Assembly (NCBI GenBank): GCA_965215015.1
Contig: OZ244042.1
Location: forward strand, 1,280,001 to 1,344,000
DNA from: Candidatus Poribacteria bacterium
Lineage (GTDB): Bacteria > Poribacteria > WGA-4E > PCPOR2b
DNA length: 64,000 bases
Direction: 5' to 3'
Both the position numbers and the translations under genes were made by a program. Below, piece after piece: positions 29,847 to 40,423 of the stretch; within the stretch, counting starts at the first letter, position 1, and each line of letters starts with the position of its first letter. The notes under the pieces are model-generated. The model searched no databases, had not been told where the DNA came from, and saw only the letters and a list, made by a program, of their open reading frames with translations.

Positions 29847-30529
29847 AGGGAGTTCCCGTTCCGATACAGTTCCGTAAGCATTGTTTGGGTCACTTCCCCG
29901 GTTGGCGAATCAAATTGAATCTCCCCATCACTCAGCCCGACTATTCGCTGTGCAAACTTTAGGGCGAATTCCACCGCGTGTAGTGACACCACAACGGTCT
30001 CTGTATTCTGAATAATGATTTCCATCACCGTGCCCGCTTGAAGGGGATCTACCGAGGCTATCGGTTCGTCTGCCAACAAGATATCCTCTCCGCGGTAAAT
30101 CGCACGTGCAACAGCGACCCGCTGCTGCTGTCCGCCAGACATTGCCCCAACCTTTTCAAAAATTTTCTCTTCCATTCCCAGTGCGTGCAGGATAGGAGTA
30201 ATTTCCTGCAACACCTTCTTCTGTGGTTTAATTAGGTTCAAGAGATTGTGGACTGTAGAATATTGATCAAGCCGCCCGGTATAGATATTGTGGAAAGCAG
30301 AGAGCTGCGGTACTAAGGCATAGTGTTGGTCGACGAATGCAGACTGGTCTGCAACGCTATTGTAGAGTCTGCGCAGCAAGGTCGTTTTGCCTGCACCACT
30401 TGGACCAACCAGTGCGACCTTTTCGCCTCTGTCAATTTGTAGGGAGATATTTTTTAGAACAATGTTGTTTTCGTAGGCTACACTTTCTGCGGCCAAGTTA
30501 AATAGTTTAGTGTTGGGAGATGGATTCAT
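29843..30529 (-). CDS. PhnC-like ABC transporter ATP-binding protein
   Basis: GPSGAGKTT, MSGGQQQRV, LLADEP, SLH. Confidence 0.93.
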   Translation of the reverse strand: MNPSPNTKLFNLAAESVAYENNIVLKNISLQIDRGEKVALVGPSGAGKTTLLRRLYNSVADQSAFVDQHYALVPQLSAFHNIYTGRLDQYSTVHNLLNLIKPQKKVLQEITPILHALGMEEKIFEKVGAMSGGQQQRVAVARAIYRGEDILLADEPIASVDPLQAGTVMEIIIQNTETVVVSLHAVEFALKFAQRIVGLSDGEIQFDSPTGEVTQTMLTELYRNGNSL

Positions 30530-30863
30530 ATCCTGTGAAATTGAAAATGAAAGTTGAAGAATGAGTCCTCATCAAATGCCTTCGTGGTGGAGGCTTCTGC
30601 TCTCTGTTTTTCGCGTGATGTACAGACAAATATGTGAAAAAAGGTACATAGAGTTGAGAATTGATAAGGTTATGGATTTGAGGGATTGGTGACCTGTTCA
30701 TTTCTTTATCCCGCCTGCGGTACCGGGGGTAGGGATTTTTCTGCTACGGGGTGGAGTTCCGATCCCTAACCCCGGCAAGCAGGGGAAAATCCGTGCCATC
30801 GCTGCAGCCACCGCACGAACAGGCGCGAAAGCCTGTTTTACAACGATACCATTGTCGACTATA

Positions 30864-31910
30864 TTAGCGTGGAAGCGAAACCTCATTCGGGACGACAATG
30901 TCGCCGGTGATGATTTTCGCCCTCAATGATTCGACGGTTGCTATAATTTCGTCCGAAAGCTCAGATTGGTTATGTTCATCAAGGGCATAGTCGACACCAC
31001 CATCTGCGAGTCCGAGGTATCGGATACCTCCCATAAAAGTGACGTCAATGGTTTCATTGATGACTTCATACACGGAATCCTCAATCTGTTTGACCATACT
31101 CGTCAGGACTGTCCCCGGTGCGAGATGATTGCCGTTGGAGTCAACCCAAATGACATATTTTCCCTGCGCTTGCGCGGCTTCGAGCACTCCCAGACCGGAT
31201 CTACCGGCAGCGGCGTAAATGACATCGACCCCGCCCTCATATTGGGTTAATGCGATCTCCTTCGCCTTGTCCGGTTGGCTGAAACCGCCTATATCCTCGC
31301 TGATGTATTCTATGGAGACAACCGCATCTGGGTTGACAGCGTGAACCCCAGCGACGTAACCAGCTTCAAATTCTCGTAGTAAGGGGACGTCCACCCCGCC
31401 AACATACCCAATTTTACCGCTCTCCGATTTTAACCCGGCAATCGCCCCGACCAGAAATGAGCCTTCGTTTGCCTTATAGTTGAGACCGGCGACATTGGGA
31501 AGGTCAAGCGCAACATCAACAATTGCAAATTTGACATTCGGAAAGTCGGGGGCTACGCGCGACAGCGGTTCTCCCATTTGGAACCCCGCGCTTAAAATCA
31601 AGTCGGAACTTTGGGCTGCTTCTCTGAACAGCATTTCTGTCAATACCGAATCGCTCTCCTGGCCGATAACCTCGTTGAGGTGGATCCCGAGCTCTGCCTC
31701 AGCACGTTTGACTCCGATATGGAGACTGTCACAGTAACCTAAATCTCCCACGCAATCGTCGGGATATATCATCGTTACACGGATCGGTGCGGCCTCCATT
31801 TCGCTCGGTGGTTCGGAAGGGATGAGTTCCTGAACTAAGTCACAACTACAGAGCAAAAGTAGCCCTAACATCCAGAAAGGATATTTTCTCAAGATTCTAA
31901 ATGTTTTCAT
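30864..31910 (-). CDS. BMP family ABC substrate-binding lipoprotein
   Basis: ATG 31910 with AGGAGA; lipobox LLCSC; YKANEGSFLVGAIAG, DVIYAAAG, WVDSN, TSMVK. Confidence 0.88.
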   Translation of the reverse strand: MKTFRILRKYPFWMLGLLLLCSCDLVQELIPSEPPSEMEAAPIRVTMIYPDDCVGDLGYCDSLHIGVKRAEAELGIHLNEVIGQESDSVLTEMLFREAAQSSDLILSAGFQMGEPLSRVAPDFPNVKFAIVDVALDLPNVAGLNYKANEGSFLVGAIAGLKSESGKIGYVGGVDVPLLREFEAGYVAGVHAVNPDAVVSIEYISEDIGGFSQPDKAKEIALTQYEGGVDVIYAAAGRSGLGVLEAAQAQGKYVIWVDSNGNHLAPGTVLTSMVKQIEDSVYEVINETIDVTFMGGIRYLGLADGGVDYALDEHNQSELSDEIIATVESLRAKIITGDIVVPNEVSLPR

Positions 31911-32026
31911 ATTTTCTCCTTTATAGTTACGTGAATCCTCACTTCCTTGAAATGGTAGCATAAGTGCCGGATTGTTACAAGCCTCGCAGTGAATGCAATT
32001 TGCCATTTTGGAATCGCTATGGTGGT

Positions 32027-32263
32027 TTCGTGGAGTAGATTTTTATCAAGCAGCGCGCACATCAACGATCTCCTGCGTCATCTTCAGATACGCTACTGCT
32101 TGCTCACGAGATACGATTGGAAAGTCATCAAGGAACTTGTTAAGCGAGTCTCATGCTGGTTAGATGCTGAATCAAACTCTCAACCGAAACGCGGGTGCCA
32201 GTGAAAACGAGGGCACCATCCATCACTTTTGAATTTCGCGAAACAATCTGTTCTTTCTTTATT
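32027..32263 (-). pseudogene. degraded DUF433 antitoxin plus the start of a DUF5615-like PIN toxin
   Basis: VMDGALVFTGTRVSVESLIQHL, frameshift, DSLNKFLDDFPIVSREQAVAYL; overlapping MCALLDKNLLHE resembles the MRxLLDENL toxin N-terminus. Confidence 0.7.
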
Positions 32264-32301
32264 GTGGAGAATCCTTATTAATTCAATATGAGCCTTCCCC
32301 T

Positions 32302-35300
32302 TTAACCGGTCTGAAACCGAAACAAGTTGATGTCCTTCCATGCCACAGGGTATTTTTTTAAATTTTGCATCAACCACCTACGTTCGTGCATTTTCACCTG
32401 ATTTGCACGACTGAGCTGGCGTGCTTCTTTGGTAAACTCTCGATTTGTAATGACCATCGGTTGAAAGGTCGTATCGTATTTTTCTTGATAAAACGGCTTT
32501 GCCGCAACAATTTCGTTCACCGCCTCACTTCCCGGTTTGCCACCTTCTTTACGCTGTTTGACCTGTATCAGAAGGGCTGACGTTTCGCCTCGATGCGAAT
32601 GAGCGATGACATCCGCACCTTTGTCGCCCGAATAGGGTGTTAAGCCAACGCGATATCCATGCTTTTCAAAAAGAGCGGCAACAAAAACCTCGAATGATTG
32701 GGGTTCCAATCCGTCAACATCTTCTATCGTTAACGGTGAATCAATTTCTTGCTCAGGTCGAATTGCCTGCAGACGAGTTAGAAGGTCTAGAGGAGTTACT
32801 TCGGCTCGTTCCGTTGGGAAGAGCGCACCTTGTGAAAGCTGGCGTTTTCGTTCCAGGAGCTCGTGCAAGATGATGTCAAATGTCTGAAACTCAGAGTGGA
32901 TTGCCATTGGCAGGTAGATGTGTACGGGTCGCGTTTGCCCGATGCGGTAGACTCGGTCACTCGCCTGATCTTCTTTGGCAGGATTCCACCAGCGGCTATA
33001 GTGGATGACATGGTTCGCTTCAGTGATATTGAGACCAACGCCAGCAGAGAGGGGAGACATGATGATAGCGTTGAAACCCGAGGTGCCTTGGAAATGATTA
33101 ACCGCTTGCTGACGGCTCATCTTCATTGAACTTTCCCTTTGTGTACTCCCTGGCGTATCACCATTGACGATAGAAACGTTCTTCAAGCCGAACTGTTCTC
33201 GAATAACATTGGCTAAAAGATGTTGGGTCTTTCGACGTTCCGCAAACAGAATCACCTTTTCATCAGCACGAGCGATCTTTTTAAGAAGTTTTACCGTCAC
33301 TATAAGTTTTGCTGATTGTTCGATTAGCGTGTTAATAGGAACTTGATCCCATTGAGAGTCGGTTAACAATGGATGGTCAGAAATGTCGCGCAGCTGATGC
33401 AGCATTTGCAAGATACGGTTACGTGATTGTACCTCTGATGATTCGCTCTCTTGTGTGGCTTGAAGCGCAGCCTGATAGCGTGTTACCTGTTCAGATGGCA
33501 TACTTTCTTGGCACTCTTCGACGTGTATATGTTTTTCGGGAAGTTCATTGAGGATATCAGATTTTAACCGTCTTTTGAGGTGAATGCCGATGCGCTCTCG
33601 AACCTGCTTGCCAAGGGCGCGAATGTCAGTTTCAGGATTCTCAAGGGGAAGGCAAAAGTTACGATTAAAATTTTTCGCACTGTCAAGATAGCCCGGTGCA
33701 ACGAAATCAGTGATACACCACAAATCCATCAATGAGTTTTCGACAGGCGTGCCCGTCAGCGCGAGACGAAAATCGGTTTTGAGTGCTTTCAAGGCGTTTG
33801 TGACGAGCGTTCCCGGCGTCTTAATCCGTTGTGCCTCGTCAATCACAACGGTTGCCCACGGAATCAAGCCTAAATCTAGTTGAAAGTCGCGGACAGTTTC
33901 ATAGGTTGTTAGCACCAGATCGGCGTTTCGGAGGCGTTTGACATCAAGCCTACCGCGTTGTCTGCGTAATTGTGGGGGATGTTCTGCGCCTTCTATTTTT
34001 GGAACGTGGAGGAGAGGTATGTCATCGGGCTCGCACTTGAAGGTTTGTAGCGCCTTTCCGTACAGTGTGACGAAATCTAGCGTGCCTTTGTCGAAAAACT
34101 TTGGATATTCCGCTGCCCAATTTTCTAAAAGCGCGATTGGTGCAACGATCAGGTACGGTTTTCGTTGTGATCCTTGCAAGCGAGATTTCGCGTGATGCCA
34201 TTCCAGAAAACAGAGCACTTGTAAGGTTTTACCAAGCCCCATGTCATCGGCGAGTAATCCACCGGGATATTCTTTCTCCCAAAGTTGCTGTGCCCATGCC
34301 AGTCCTTCCTCCTGATGTGGTAGGAGTTTAAATTCCTGTTTCAGGTTTAGGGGAGGCTCAAGCAGATGTCGAAACGGTTCTTCGATTGAAGCATCAGATG
34401 TTTCAACGTAATCGGGATCATCTATGTTCTCCTCAATGATTAAGACCACGGTTTCCGATTTTTCATCCGGTTTCTTATCCGGTGGGCGTGATGGCTTCTT
34501 CCGGTGTTTGAGTTGCTTTTCGATAAAGGGGAGATGTTGTTCAATCGCGGAAACTAGAAGTTGTTTCCCTTCCCATGTCAGATGGGTTTGATCTGCCCGC
34601 TTTGCTTCCTCAATCGCTTGCTGAAGTTTTTTTAGTTCCGCACCACTTTTAATCTGAATCTTCGTTTGCGTCTCAGTTCCCTCATCAACCAAAATACCGG
34701 GGATCCACTGACTTTTGTAGGGCGAAACGAATGGATAAGCCCTCGGTTGATAGATGCCAATTTCGCGGACACGCTCGCTGAAAGAGGGGGTTTCATCCGT
34801 CGGATCCAGTTCAACAACGTCCGGGTCGAAATATGCCTGTGGTTCTTTTGCAATCTCCGCAAGTTGTTCACGCGATACACGACGATAACGCTTAACAGTT
34901 TGCAAAGCTTCTCGCTGTTCCTCTTGGAAGAGTATACGGGTTCGACTACCGTCAGGTTGGGGCAGATTGTACGTGATTTCAGGGTTCGGAAATTTGTCAA
35001 AAACCGCTTCAAATTTTTCGCTATCAACCCCAGCTACGTCGGGGATGATCTCAACAGTATCCCCCGCTTCGCGCAGGCGTAAGCGAACAGTTTTCGGTGC
35101 GACAGCTTCCTCTCGGTTCAGGTAACGTTCTAACTCAACCCCTGTTTGGTTCGCAAGTCCTTTGATTTTTGCAAATTCGAGCAGATTGGATTGAAAACTT
35201 TTGTCAACTACTTCCCGTCTGTTGAACGCATCCAATTCCTCCAAAAGGATGAACTGTTCGTATGTGAGGAGATATGCCCACTCCTGCGTCAAACGCAATA

Positions 35301-35703
35301 TACAACCGATCCGCTTTGGATGCAACGGCTTTCGATCCGGTTTCAGAAACTGATAATTATACCGAAACTCTGACTCATTGAGTGTGCCGAATGAGCGAAT
35401 CTCAAGGGCGAACGGATACGGTTCTGGTAAATCGAGCAGCTCCTGTTCAACGAAACTGAGGCGACACACCTCATCAGATGGAAGGTGAACCCCCATGCCT
35501 GACGATTCCGCTTGGCCGTTATCGAGCAACTCTTTAAGCAACAGCCATTGTGCCTGTGCTTGATAGTCATCGGTTGGCAGACTGGCTGCGTATTCTAACA
35601 GAGGGTGGTGCTCCGACGGAGCAGTAAACTGAATGCCTGTCGGTGTCTCCTGCCAGTTAAACTGTAGTGATCCAGATTGACTTTTTCGGAATAGATTTAG
35701 CAT
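32302..35703 (-). CDS. zorD: Zorya ZorD: SNF2-family helicase with C-terminal Mrr-like nuclease
   Basis: LADDMGLGKT, DEAQ, LTGTPVEN, GVGLN, WNPAKEDQASDRVYRIGQ; C-terminal FE..TPYSGDKGADV..IQVK; fourth gene of the zorABC operon. Confidence 0.88.
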   Translation of the reverse strand: MLNLFRKSQSGSLQFNWQETPTGIQFTAPSEHHPLLEYAASLPTDDYQAQAQWLLLKELLDNGQAESSGMGVHLPSDEVCRLSFVEQELLDLPEPYPFALEIRSFGTLNESEFRYNYQFLKPDRKPLHPKRIGCILRLTQEWAYLLTYEQFILLEELDAFNRREVVDKSFQSNLLEFAKIKGLANQTGVELERYLNREEAVAPKTVRLRLREAGDTVEIIPDVAGVDSEKFEAVFDKFPNPEITYNLPQPDGSRTRILFQEEQREALQTVKRYRRVSREQLAEIAKEPQAYFDPDVVELDPTDETPSFSERVREIGIYQPRAYPFVSPYKSQWIPGILVDEGTETQTKIQIKSGAELKKLQQAIEEAKRADQTHLTWEGKQLLVSAIEQHLPFIEKQLKHRKKPSRPPDKKPDEKSETVVLIIEENIDDPDYVETSDASIEEPFRHLLEPPLNLKQEFKLLPHQEEGLAWAQQLWEKEYPGGLLADDMGLGKTLQVLCFLEWHHAKSRLQGSQRKPYLIVAPIALLENWAAEYPKFFDKGTLDFVTLYGKALQTFKCEPDDIPLLHVPKIEGAEHPPQLRRQRGRLDVKRLRNADLVLTTYETVRDFQLDLGLIPWATVVIDEAQRIKTPGTLVTNALKALKTDFRLALTGTPVENSLMDLWCITDFVAPGYLDSAKNFNRNFCLPLENPETDIRALGKQVRERIGIHLKRRLKSDILNELPEKHIHVEECQESMPSEQVTRYQAALQATQESESSEVQSRNRILQMLHQLRDISDHPLLTDSQWDQVPINTLIEQSAKLIVTVKLLKKIARADEKVILFAERRKTQHLLANVIREQFGLKNVSIVNGDTPGSTQRESSMKMSRQQAVNHFQGTSGFNAIIMSPLSAGVGLNITEANHVIHYSRWWNPAKEDQASDRVYRIGQTRPVHIYLPMAIHSEFQTFDIILHELLERKRQLSQGALFPTERAEVTPLDLLTRLQAIRPEQEIDSPLTIEDVDGLEPQSFEVFVAALFEKHGYRVGLTPYSGDKGADVIAHSHRGETSALLIQVKQRKEGGKPGSEAVNEIVAAKPFYQEKYDTTFQPMVITNREFTKEARQLSRANQVKMHERRWLMQNLKKYPVAWKDINLFRFQTG

Positions 35704-35827
35704 CCGAACTACCTTACTTCCCGTTCAAAAGTGTGATGACATCGAGAGCAAGTAATTCTTAACCGGTGTCCCACTGTAGGGGTTCGCAACCCCTGTCCAC
35801 AATTGGGGCAATAAAATACCTCATCGT

Positions 35828-37255
35828 TTAATAACTTCGGACCGGCTCAATTCCGAGATTACTTCTTAACCACGAGGCAAGATCCCTTTGCCAAGAATAA
35901 TTCTCTGAATTGCGGTGAATCACACGATGGTCAGCCCGTGGTTGATCTCGCAACTCAGTTATATGATACTCTGAGTCACTTAATCGAAAGGGAAGATTAG
36001 CGTTGTTATAGACATAGCAAGCCGCCGCTGTACTAAACTCAACAAAGGTATAATTGTCTATCTGAATGATAAAAGCGTGCTGGCTGCTGTTACCCCCCGT
36101 CAATATGGCAGGCCGTCGTTCGCGGTAGTATTGAAGGGCTTGTGGGTCGTTCCTAAAAAGGTATTCAGCATCTCTACGCAACATAGGACGGCAGAGAGAA
36201 ATGTGCTCGAGATATGCCAACCAAAACGCTCTTCGATAGGCAAATTTCTGGTCGTCACAGGCTCGGGCAACGACATCGAAGAAGAAGCGGAGATCTTCTT
36301 TTGTAATCCATCTTGTAAAGATTTGTTTTGCTTCATCGGAGACAGCACGCCAGCGCACATCCCCGCCAGTAAGGCGTGGGTCGCCCCATTCTCGAAGGGC
36401 GTAGGATTGAAGGGGTTGCCGCAAGTGTTCAGATGCCTCAAACCCAAGTCTCTCAATGAGTTTTGACAAGATGGAACGAGCCGTTTTGTCATTATTGTGT
36501 TTCTCAACAAATTCAATGACATCTGCAACAGTCTCCGGGGCAGCGCGGTGATTGAGCGCAATATATGCGGTCGCGACTGCACCAAAGTAGGAATAGCTAT
36601 GCATATAGTCAGGTAATTCGAGATATGACCAGGCATCCGACAACTTCACTCGTGAACGCAGCAGCTTCATCGCAAGCTGGGTCGCACTGTTCTCCTCGCA
36701 ATACCACCTCATATTTGCTCTCAGTCTCTGAACAAATGTCCGACGGCCCTCATAATCGGTCAGATGCCGTTTGACAAACTTACGTAGCCTCCATGCATTC
36801 TGTGCGTCCCAGGCTTGCAGCAGAGCATCAAAAACGCCGAGCAGGGCACTGATGCAAAAACGGTTTTCGATTAACTGAAGGGCATTCCCCAATTGCAGTC
36901 TATTATCCACAATTCGTCGATCAAAAGGCTGTTGATTTTCGGAGTAGATCAATGCCCATGCGAGTTTTCGTGCCCGTGATAATGTATCAAACTCCGTGCG
37001 GAGTCTCCTGGTTCCATGGGCGGTGATGAAGAGACGATAAACCTGACGCAGATCTTCTCTGTTGGGTAGTTCGTTCCTCCTGTCACCATGGTGTCTGATA
37101 ATTTCTTCCAAACTCCGCCGGTTCTGTTGGGAGATTCCAATCGGTTGCGGCGCACGACGAGCGGATGCCTCAGCATTAAAACGATTGAAATCGAGTAATT
37201 CTTTAGCGGTTCTCACGGTTTCCCTCCAATAATTTGTCAAGTTGCTTTTCTGCAT
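35828..37255 (-). CDS. zorC: Zorya ZorC (EH-signature domain)
   Basis: WGDPR, W...W..EDLRFFF, RRAFWLAYLEH, VEFS..AACYVY, H...WQ; lies between zorB and zorD. Confidence 0.88.
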   Translation of the reverse strand: MQKSNLTNYWRETVRTAKELLDFNRFNAEASARRAPQPIGISQQNRRSLEEIIRHHGDRRNELPNREDLRQVYRLFITAHGTRRLRTEFDTLSRARKLAWALIYSENQQPFDRRIVDNRLQLGNALQLIENRFCISALLGVFDALLQAWDAQNAWRLRKFVKRHLTDYEGRRTFVQRLRANMRWYCEENSATQLAMKLLRSRVKLSDAWSYLELPDYMHSYSYFGAVATAYIALNHRAAPETVADVIEFVEKHNNDKTARSILSKLIERLGFEASEHLRQPLQSYALREWGDPRLTGGDVRWRAVSDEAKQIFTRWITKEDLRFFFDVVARACDDQKFAYRRAFWLAYLEHISLCRPMLRRDAEYLFRNDPQALQYYRERRPAILTGGNSSQHAFIIQIDNYTFVEFSTAAACYVYNNANLPFRLSDSEYHITELRDQPRADHRVIHRNSENYSWQRDLASWLRSNLGIEPVRSY

Positions 37256-37949
37256 TTGTCCGCACTCTAAACTCTACTCTTCTCGATTCAACTCTATCTT
37301 CTGTACCATCCAGACGGAAAATCAACTTGCTTGAAGATAAGCCGTTGGCAGTCAAGTACCGCTTTAGCCAATCTCTATTTCCGCTAATTTCAGGTATCTG
37401 AAGCACATATTCAAGAACACTTCTTGTTCTGTCCTGTGATAACTCCATGTTGTGAATATAAGCTTCCTCTTCGCTGACCTCCTCAGACCATTCGCTTGAT
37501 GTGTGCCCCTCAATCCGAATTTCTGCGATGTCGTTACTATATTTGAGCTTTCCATCACTGTCTTTGGACTCTCTTAAAATCCTGATATAGCGTGGAAAAA
37601 AGTCATCCAATATCGTATTGAAATATGGGCGTACTTCCGCTGCCCCTGGTTCAAATAGCACTCTGGGCTCTCTGAAACGAACAGAAATCTTTTCTCTATC
37701 CAGGACCGCCTTCCATGTTTCAAGGTCTCTTTCAAATTCGCTTTTGAGGTCAAGATATAAATCTTCCCGTAGCTTCATGTAAGTTTGAACAATTTCCAGC
37801 AGACGCTTCTCTTTCTCAGTTAAATTCAACATGAGGAAGGAAAGCAGAAGTACGAAGATCAGCAGCAGCCCTGCCATCAAATCTCCCAGTGAAAGGTTGA
37901 ATGGGTTTTCATCTGTGAGTGTTTTGGATTTAGGGGGTGTTCTTCGCAT
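37203..37949 (-). CDS. zorB: Zorya ZorB (MotB/OmpA-like)
   Basis: Single TM with Asp (SLGDLMAGLLLIF); IRIEGHTSSEW, NMELSQDRTRSV, SRRVEF. Confidence 0.92.
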   Translation of the reverse strand: MRRTPPKSKTLTDENPFNLSLGDLMAGLLLIFVLLLSFLMLNLTEKEKRLLEIVQTYMKLREDLYLDLKSEFERDLETWKAVLDREKISVRFREPRVLFEPGAAEVRPYFNTILDDFFPRYIRILRESKDSDGKLKYSNDIAEIRIEGHTSSEWSEEVSEEEAYIHNMELSQDRTRSVLEYVLQIPEISGNRDWLKRYLTANGLSSSKLIFRLDGTEDRVESRRVEFRVRTNAEKQLDKLLEGNRENR

Positions 37950-37960
37950 TAGCTACTACC

Positions 37961-39913
37961 TCACCGACGGGGTGGCCTTTCAATCATATCGGTCAAAATC
38001 TCAACATTTTCGCCGAGAGCTTCAACGCTGCCCGCAAGTGCTGTTGAGGCCAGTGTTAACTGATTGGAGAAGTCAATAAGATACGTATTGATAGATTCGC
38101 GTGCGGTTGTGGCGTACCCATTCATGCCCCTCTCAATTTCCGCAAAAATGCCCTGCAACCCGTTGTCAATCGTTCGGAAGCGTTGCACGGAGTCGTTGAG
38201 AAGCTGTTGGGACTGGCCAAGTACGTTTTGAATCTGGGTCGTTGTTTCACGATTTGCTATGAGATAGCTTTTATTCTCTCGGTTAAAGGCATTGCTTGCC
38301 TGTGTCAGGTTTGTCCCCGCGCTTTCAAGTCGCGTTGCTCCTTCCCTCAACCGCTCTGATAAAGTTTTAGTTGTATCGATTAGTTGACGGACGCTAATAA
38401 CACTTGCGTTCATCTGTTCCAATATTTCCCGACTTCTTGTCAGCGTCGCCTGTGAGTTTGTTATCTGTGCGTTGAAGGCTTTGATCTGAGTGCCTTGTTG
38501 TTGTAAAAGTTTGTTAATACTCTCTTCAGCACCTCGAACGCTTTTTTCGAGTTGGGTAGTAGCCCGATCAACGAGTTCTTTCATGTGACCTGTTGCCTTA
38601 GTAGAGGCCTGTCTCGTTTCTACAGTGATCTCGCTAATCGTGCGTTGCTGTTCACTGACTGTTGAAGCGATTGCTTTTCCTAATTTGTCAATTGCTGTTT
38701 CAAGTGTTTGAATACTCTGGTTAGAAATCGCCTTCAAACCCGCCTGCTGTGCATTAATCGTTCCTTGGAATGTGTTGAGCATTCTGTCCACCATCTGTTC
38801 CATCTGACCGGGTAAGTTCATCAAACTTTGACTCACACTGCCAACCGTTCTTGCAAGTTCTTCCATTTGTGCTGTTACCGATCCTGAAATTGACCCTTGG
38901 AATTCCTCAACCAATTGTCGAATAGCATCTGTGGAAGATTCCTCTTTTTGCTCGCGCAATTCTTTGACGGCTGTGTTCAGGTTATTGAGACTCGGTGTCA
39001 ACTGTTCTGCCATCGCACTGCTGAAAGCCTCAGGGGCACTGTGTAGTTCCTGAATAATCTCTCGTCTTCCCTCCGCGTTCTGCTCGCGCAATTGCGTCAG
39101 ACTCTGATGCAAATTCTTCAGTCTTTCGGACATAATATTATCCATTGCAATTTTAATTCTGTCTGCCAAATCCGTCGAAAATGATTTGAGTGCCGCTGTT
39201 TGTTGCTCAAGTTCGTCTTGTTGACGTATTGCGATCTCCTCTCCCCTTGTCAGCGTAAATATCTGATCGAGGGCGCGTTGCAGATTCACAATTGCCCGAC
39301 TCACGCTACTAATGCCCCACTTCTCCAACCCGTTAAACCAGAATGAAGCGAACATTCCCCAAACGGAGGTCACAAACGCAGTTGATACCCCCGATAGGAG
39401 CTCTTTAATCGCTTCCCGAATCTCATTCGTATCTGTGAAATCAACATCGGAAAAAGGTATCAACCCCCAGACCATGCCGACAAAGGTGCCGAGAATACCT
39501 AAACCAACCAATAGGGCGGGCACACTATTCCAAAATCGAAGGTTCAAATGTTGCTCTAACAGGCGTTCTTCGCTGAAGAAAAGCGATGCCTCATCCGTTT
39601 TATACACAATCTGATTTTCATTGTGGCTTCGTGTAATGAGTGAATCCTCAAATTCCTGCCACGCGTCAGCGAGTTCCGTGTTGCGATTAAATTTCCCCGT
39701 TAATTCCTGTTTAATTGAGGGGGGATCAGATCTGCTGTATTGACCTATTTCTTTCGTTAAACTGTCAATTAACCTGCGTCGGCGGGAAGTTTTCACCCCA
39801 AACCAAATTCCCGATACGATAGCGCATAAAACAATGACGGAGATAAAACTGTCCGTAATCCAGTTGATAGGACCCCACCACCAAGGGAGGAGTAAGTTAA
39901 GAAATTCAGTCAT
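37961..39913 (-). CDS. zorA: Zorya ZorA (MotA-like TM domain with long helical tail)
   Basis: VPALLVGLGILGTFVG, LLSGVSTAFVTSVWG, followed by a long coiled-coil-like tail. Confidence 0.92.
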   Translation of the reverse strand: MTEFLNLLLPWWWGPINWITDSFISVIVLCAIVSGIWFGVKTSRRRRLIDSLTKEIGQYSRSDPPSIKQELTGKFNRNTELADAWQEFEDSLITRSHNENQIVYKTDEASLFFSEERLLEQHLNLRFWNSVPALLVGLGILGTFVGMVWGLIPFSDVDFTDTNEIREAIKELLSGVSTAFVTSVWGMFASFWFNGLEKWGISSVSRAIVNLQRALDQIFTLTRGEEIAIRQQDELEQQTAALKSFSTDLADRIKIAMDNIMSERLKNLHQSLTQLREQNAEGRREIIQELHSAPEAFSSAMAEQLTPSLNNLNTAVKELREQKEESSTDAIRQLVEEFQGSISGSVTAQMEELARTVGSVSQSLMNLPGQMEQMVDRMLNTFQGTINAQQAGLKAISNQSIQTLETAIDKLGKAIASTVSEQQRTISEITVETRQASTKATGHMKELVDRATTQLEKSVRGAEESINKLLQQQGTQIKAFNAQITNSQATLTRSREILEQMNASVISVRQLIDTTKTLSERLREGATRLESAGTNLTQASNAFNRENKSYLIANRETTTQIQNVLGQSQQLLNDSVQRFRTIDNGLQGIFAEIERGMNGYATTARESINTYLIDFSNQLTLASTALAGSVEALGENVEILTDMIERPPRR

Positions 39914-40264
39914 ATAAGTTACCTAATTAAATGTTTTCGGGTCTTTCTCGGTTATCTCAGATTTCAGGTCTGCACAGTGATTATGGTTGTGTCAGAGTGG
40001 AGAAGGGGCTCGCCTTCGTATCAGTGGCCCGGCAAACCCCAGCAGATAGGTTTGGGTTGTTGATAAGAGACCTCCCTAGCTTACGCTTGGAAATCTATCA
40101 ATAGTCCACTCATGTTCAGAAATCGTGCAAAGAATTTGAATTTTTCCGAAAAAAACTCGGAGTCAAATACCAATCGTGTTGGACTTCCGGTGTTTGGTAA
40201 ATTGAGCCAAAACTGTCGGGCGATATTCCGTGTATCTTTGCTCTGTACTTTCTTTTGACATGAA

Positions 40265-40416
40265 TAGGACCTACGCAGTTGAAGGCTCGAAGCCAACCCT
40301 CTGCAAGCGGGAGAGAACCATCCCCCTCTAAGCCCCCCCGCAAGCGGGGGGATGGGTCGCAAGAGAGGGGGAACTCAATGAATTGCGCGGCTGCCAGCTG
40401 GAGTGCGTAACTCCTG
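40265..40416. mobile_element. MITE copy 1
   Basis: TIRs TAGGACCTACGCA / TGCGTAACTCCTG; 5-bp duplication ATGAA on both sides. Confidence 0.85.
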
Positions 40417-40423
40417 ATGAACC

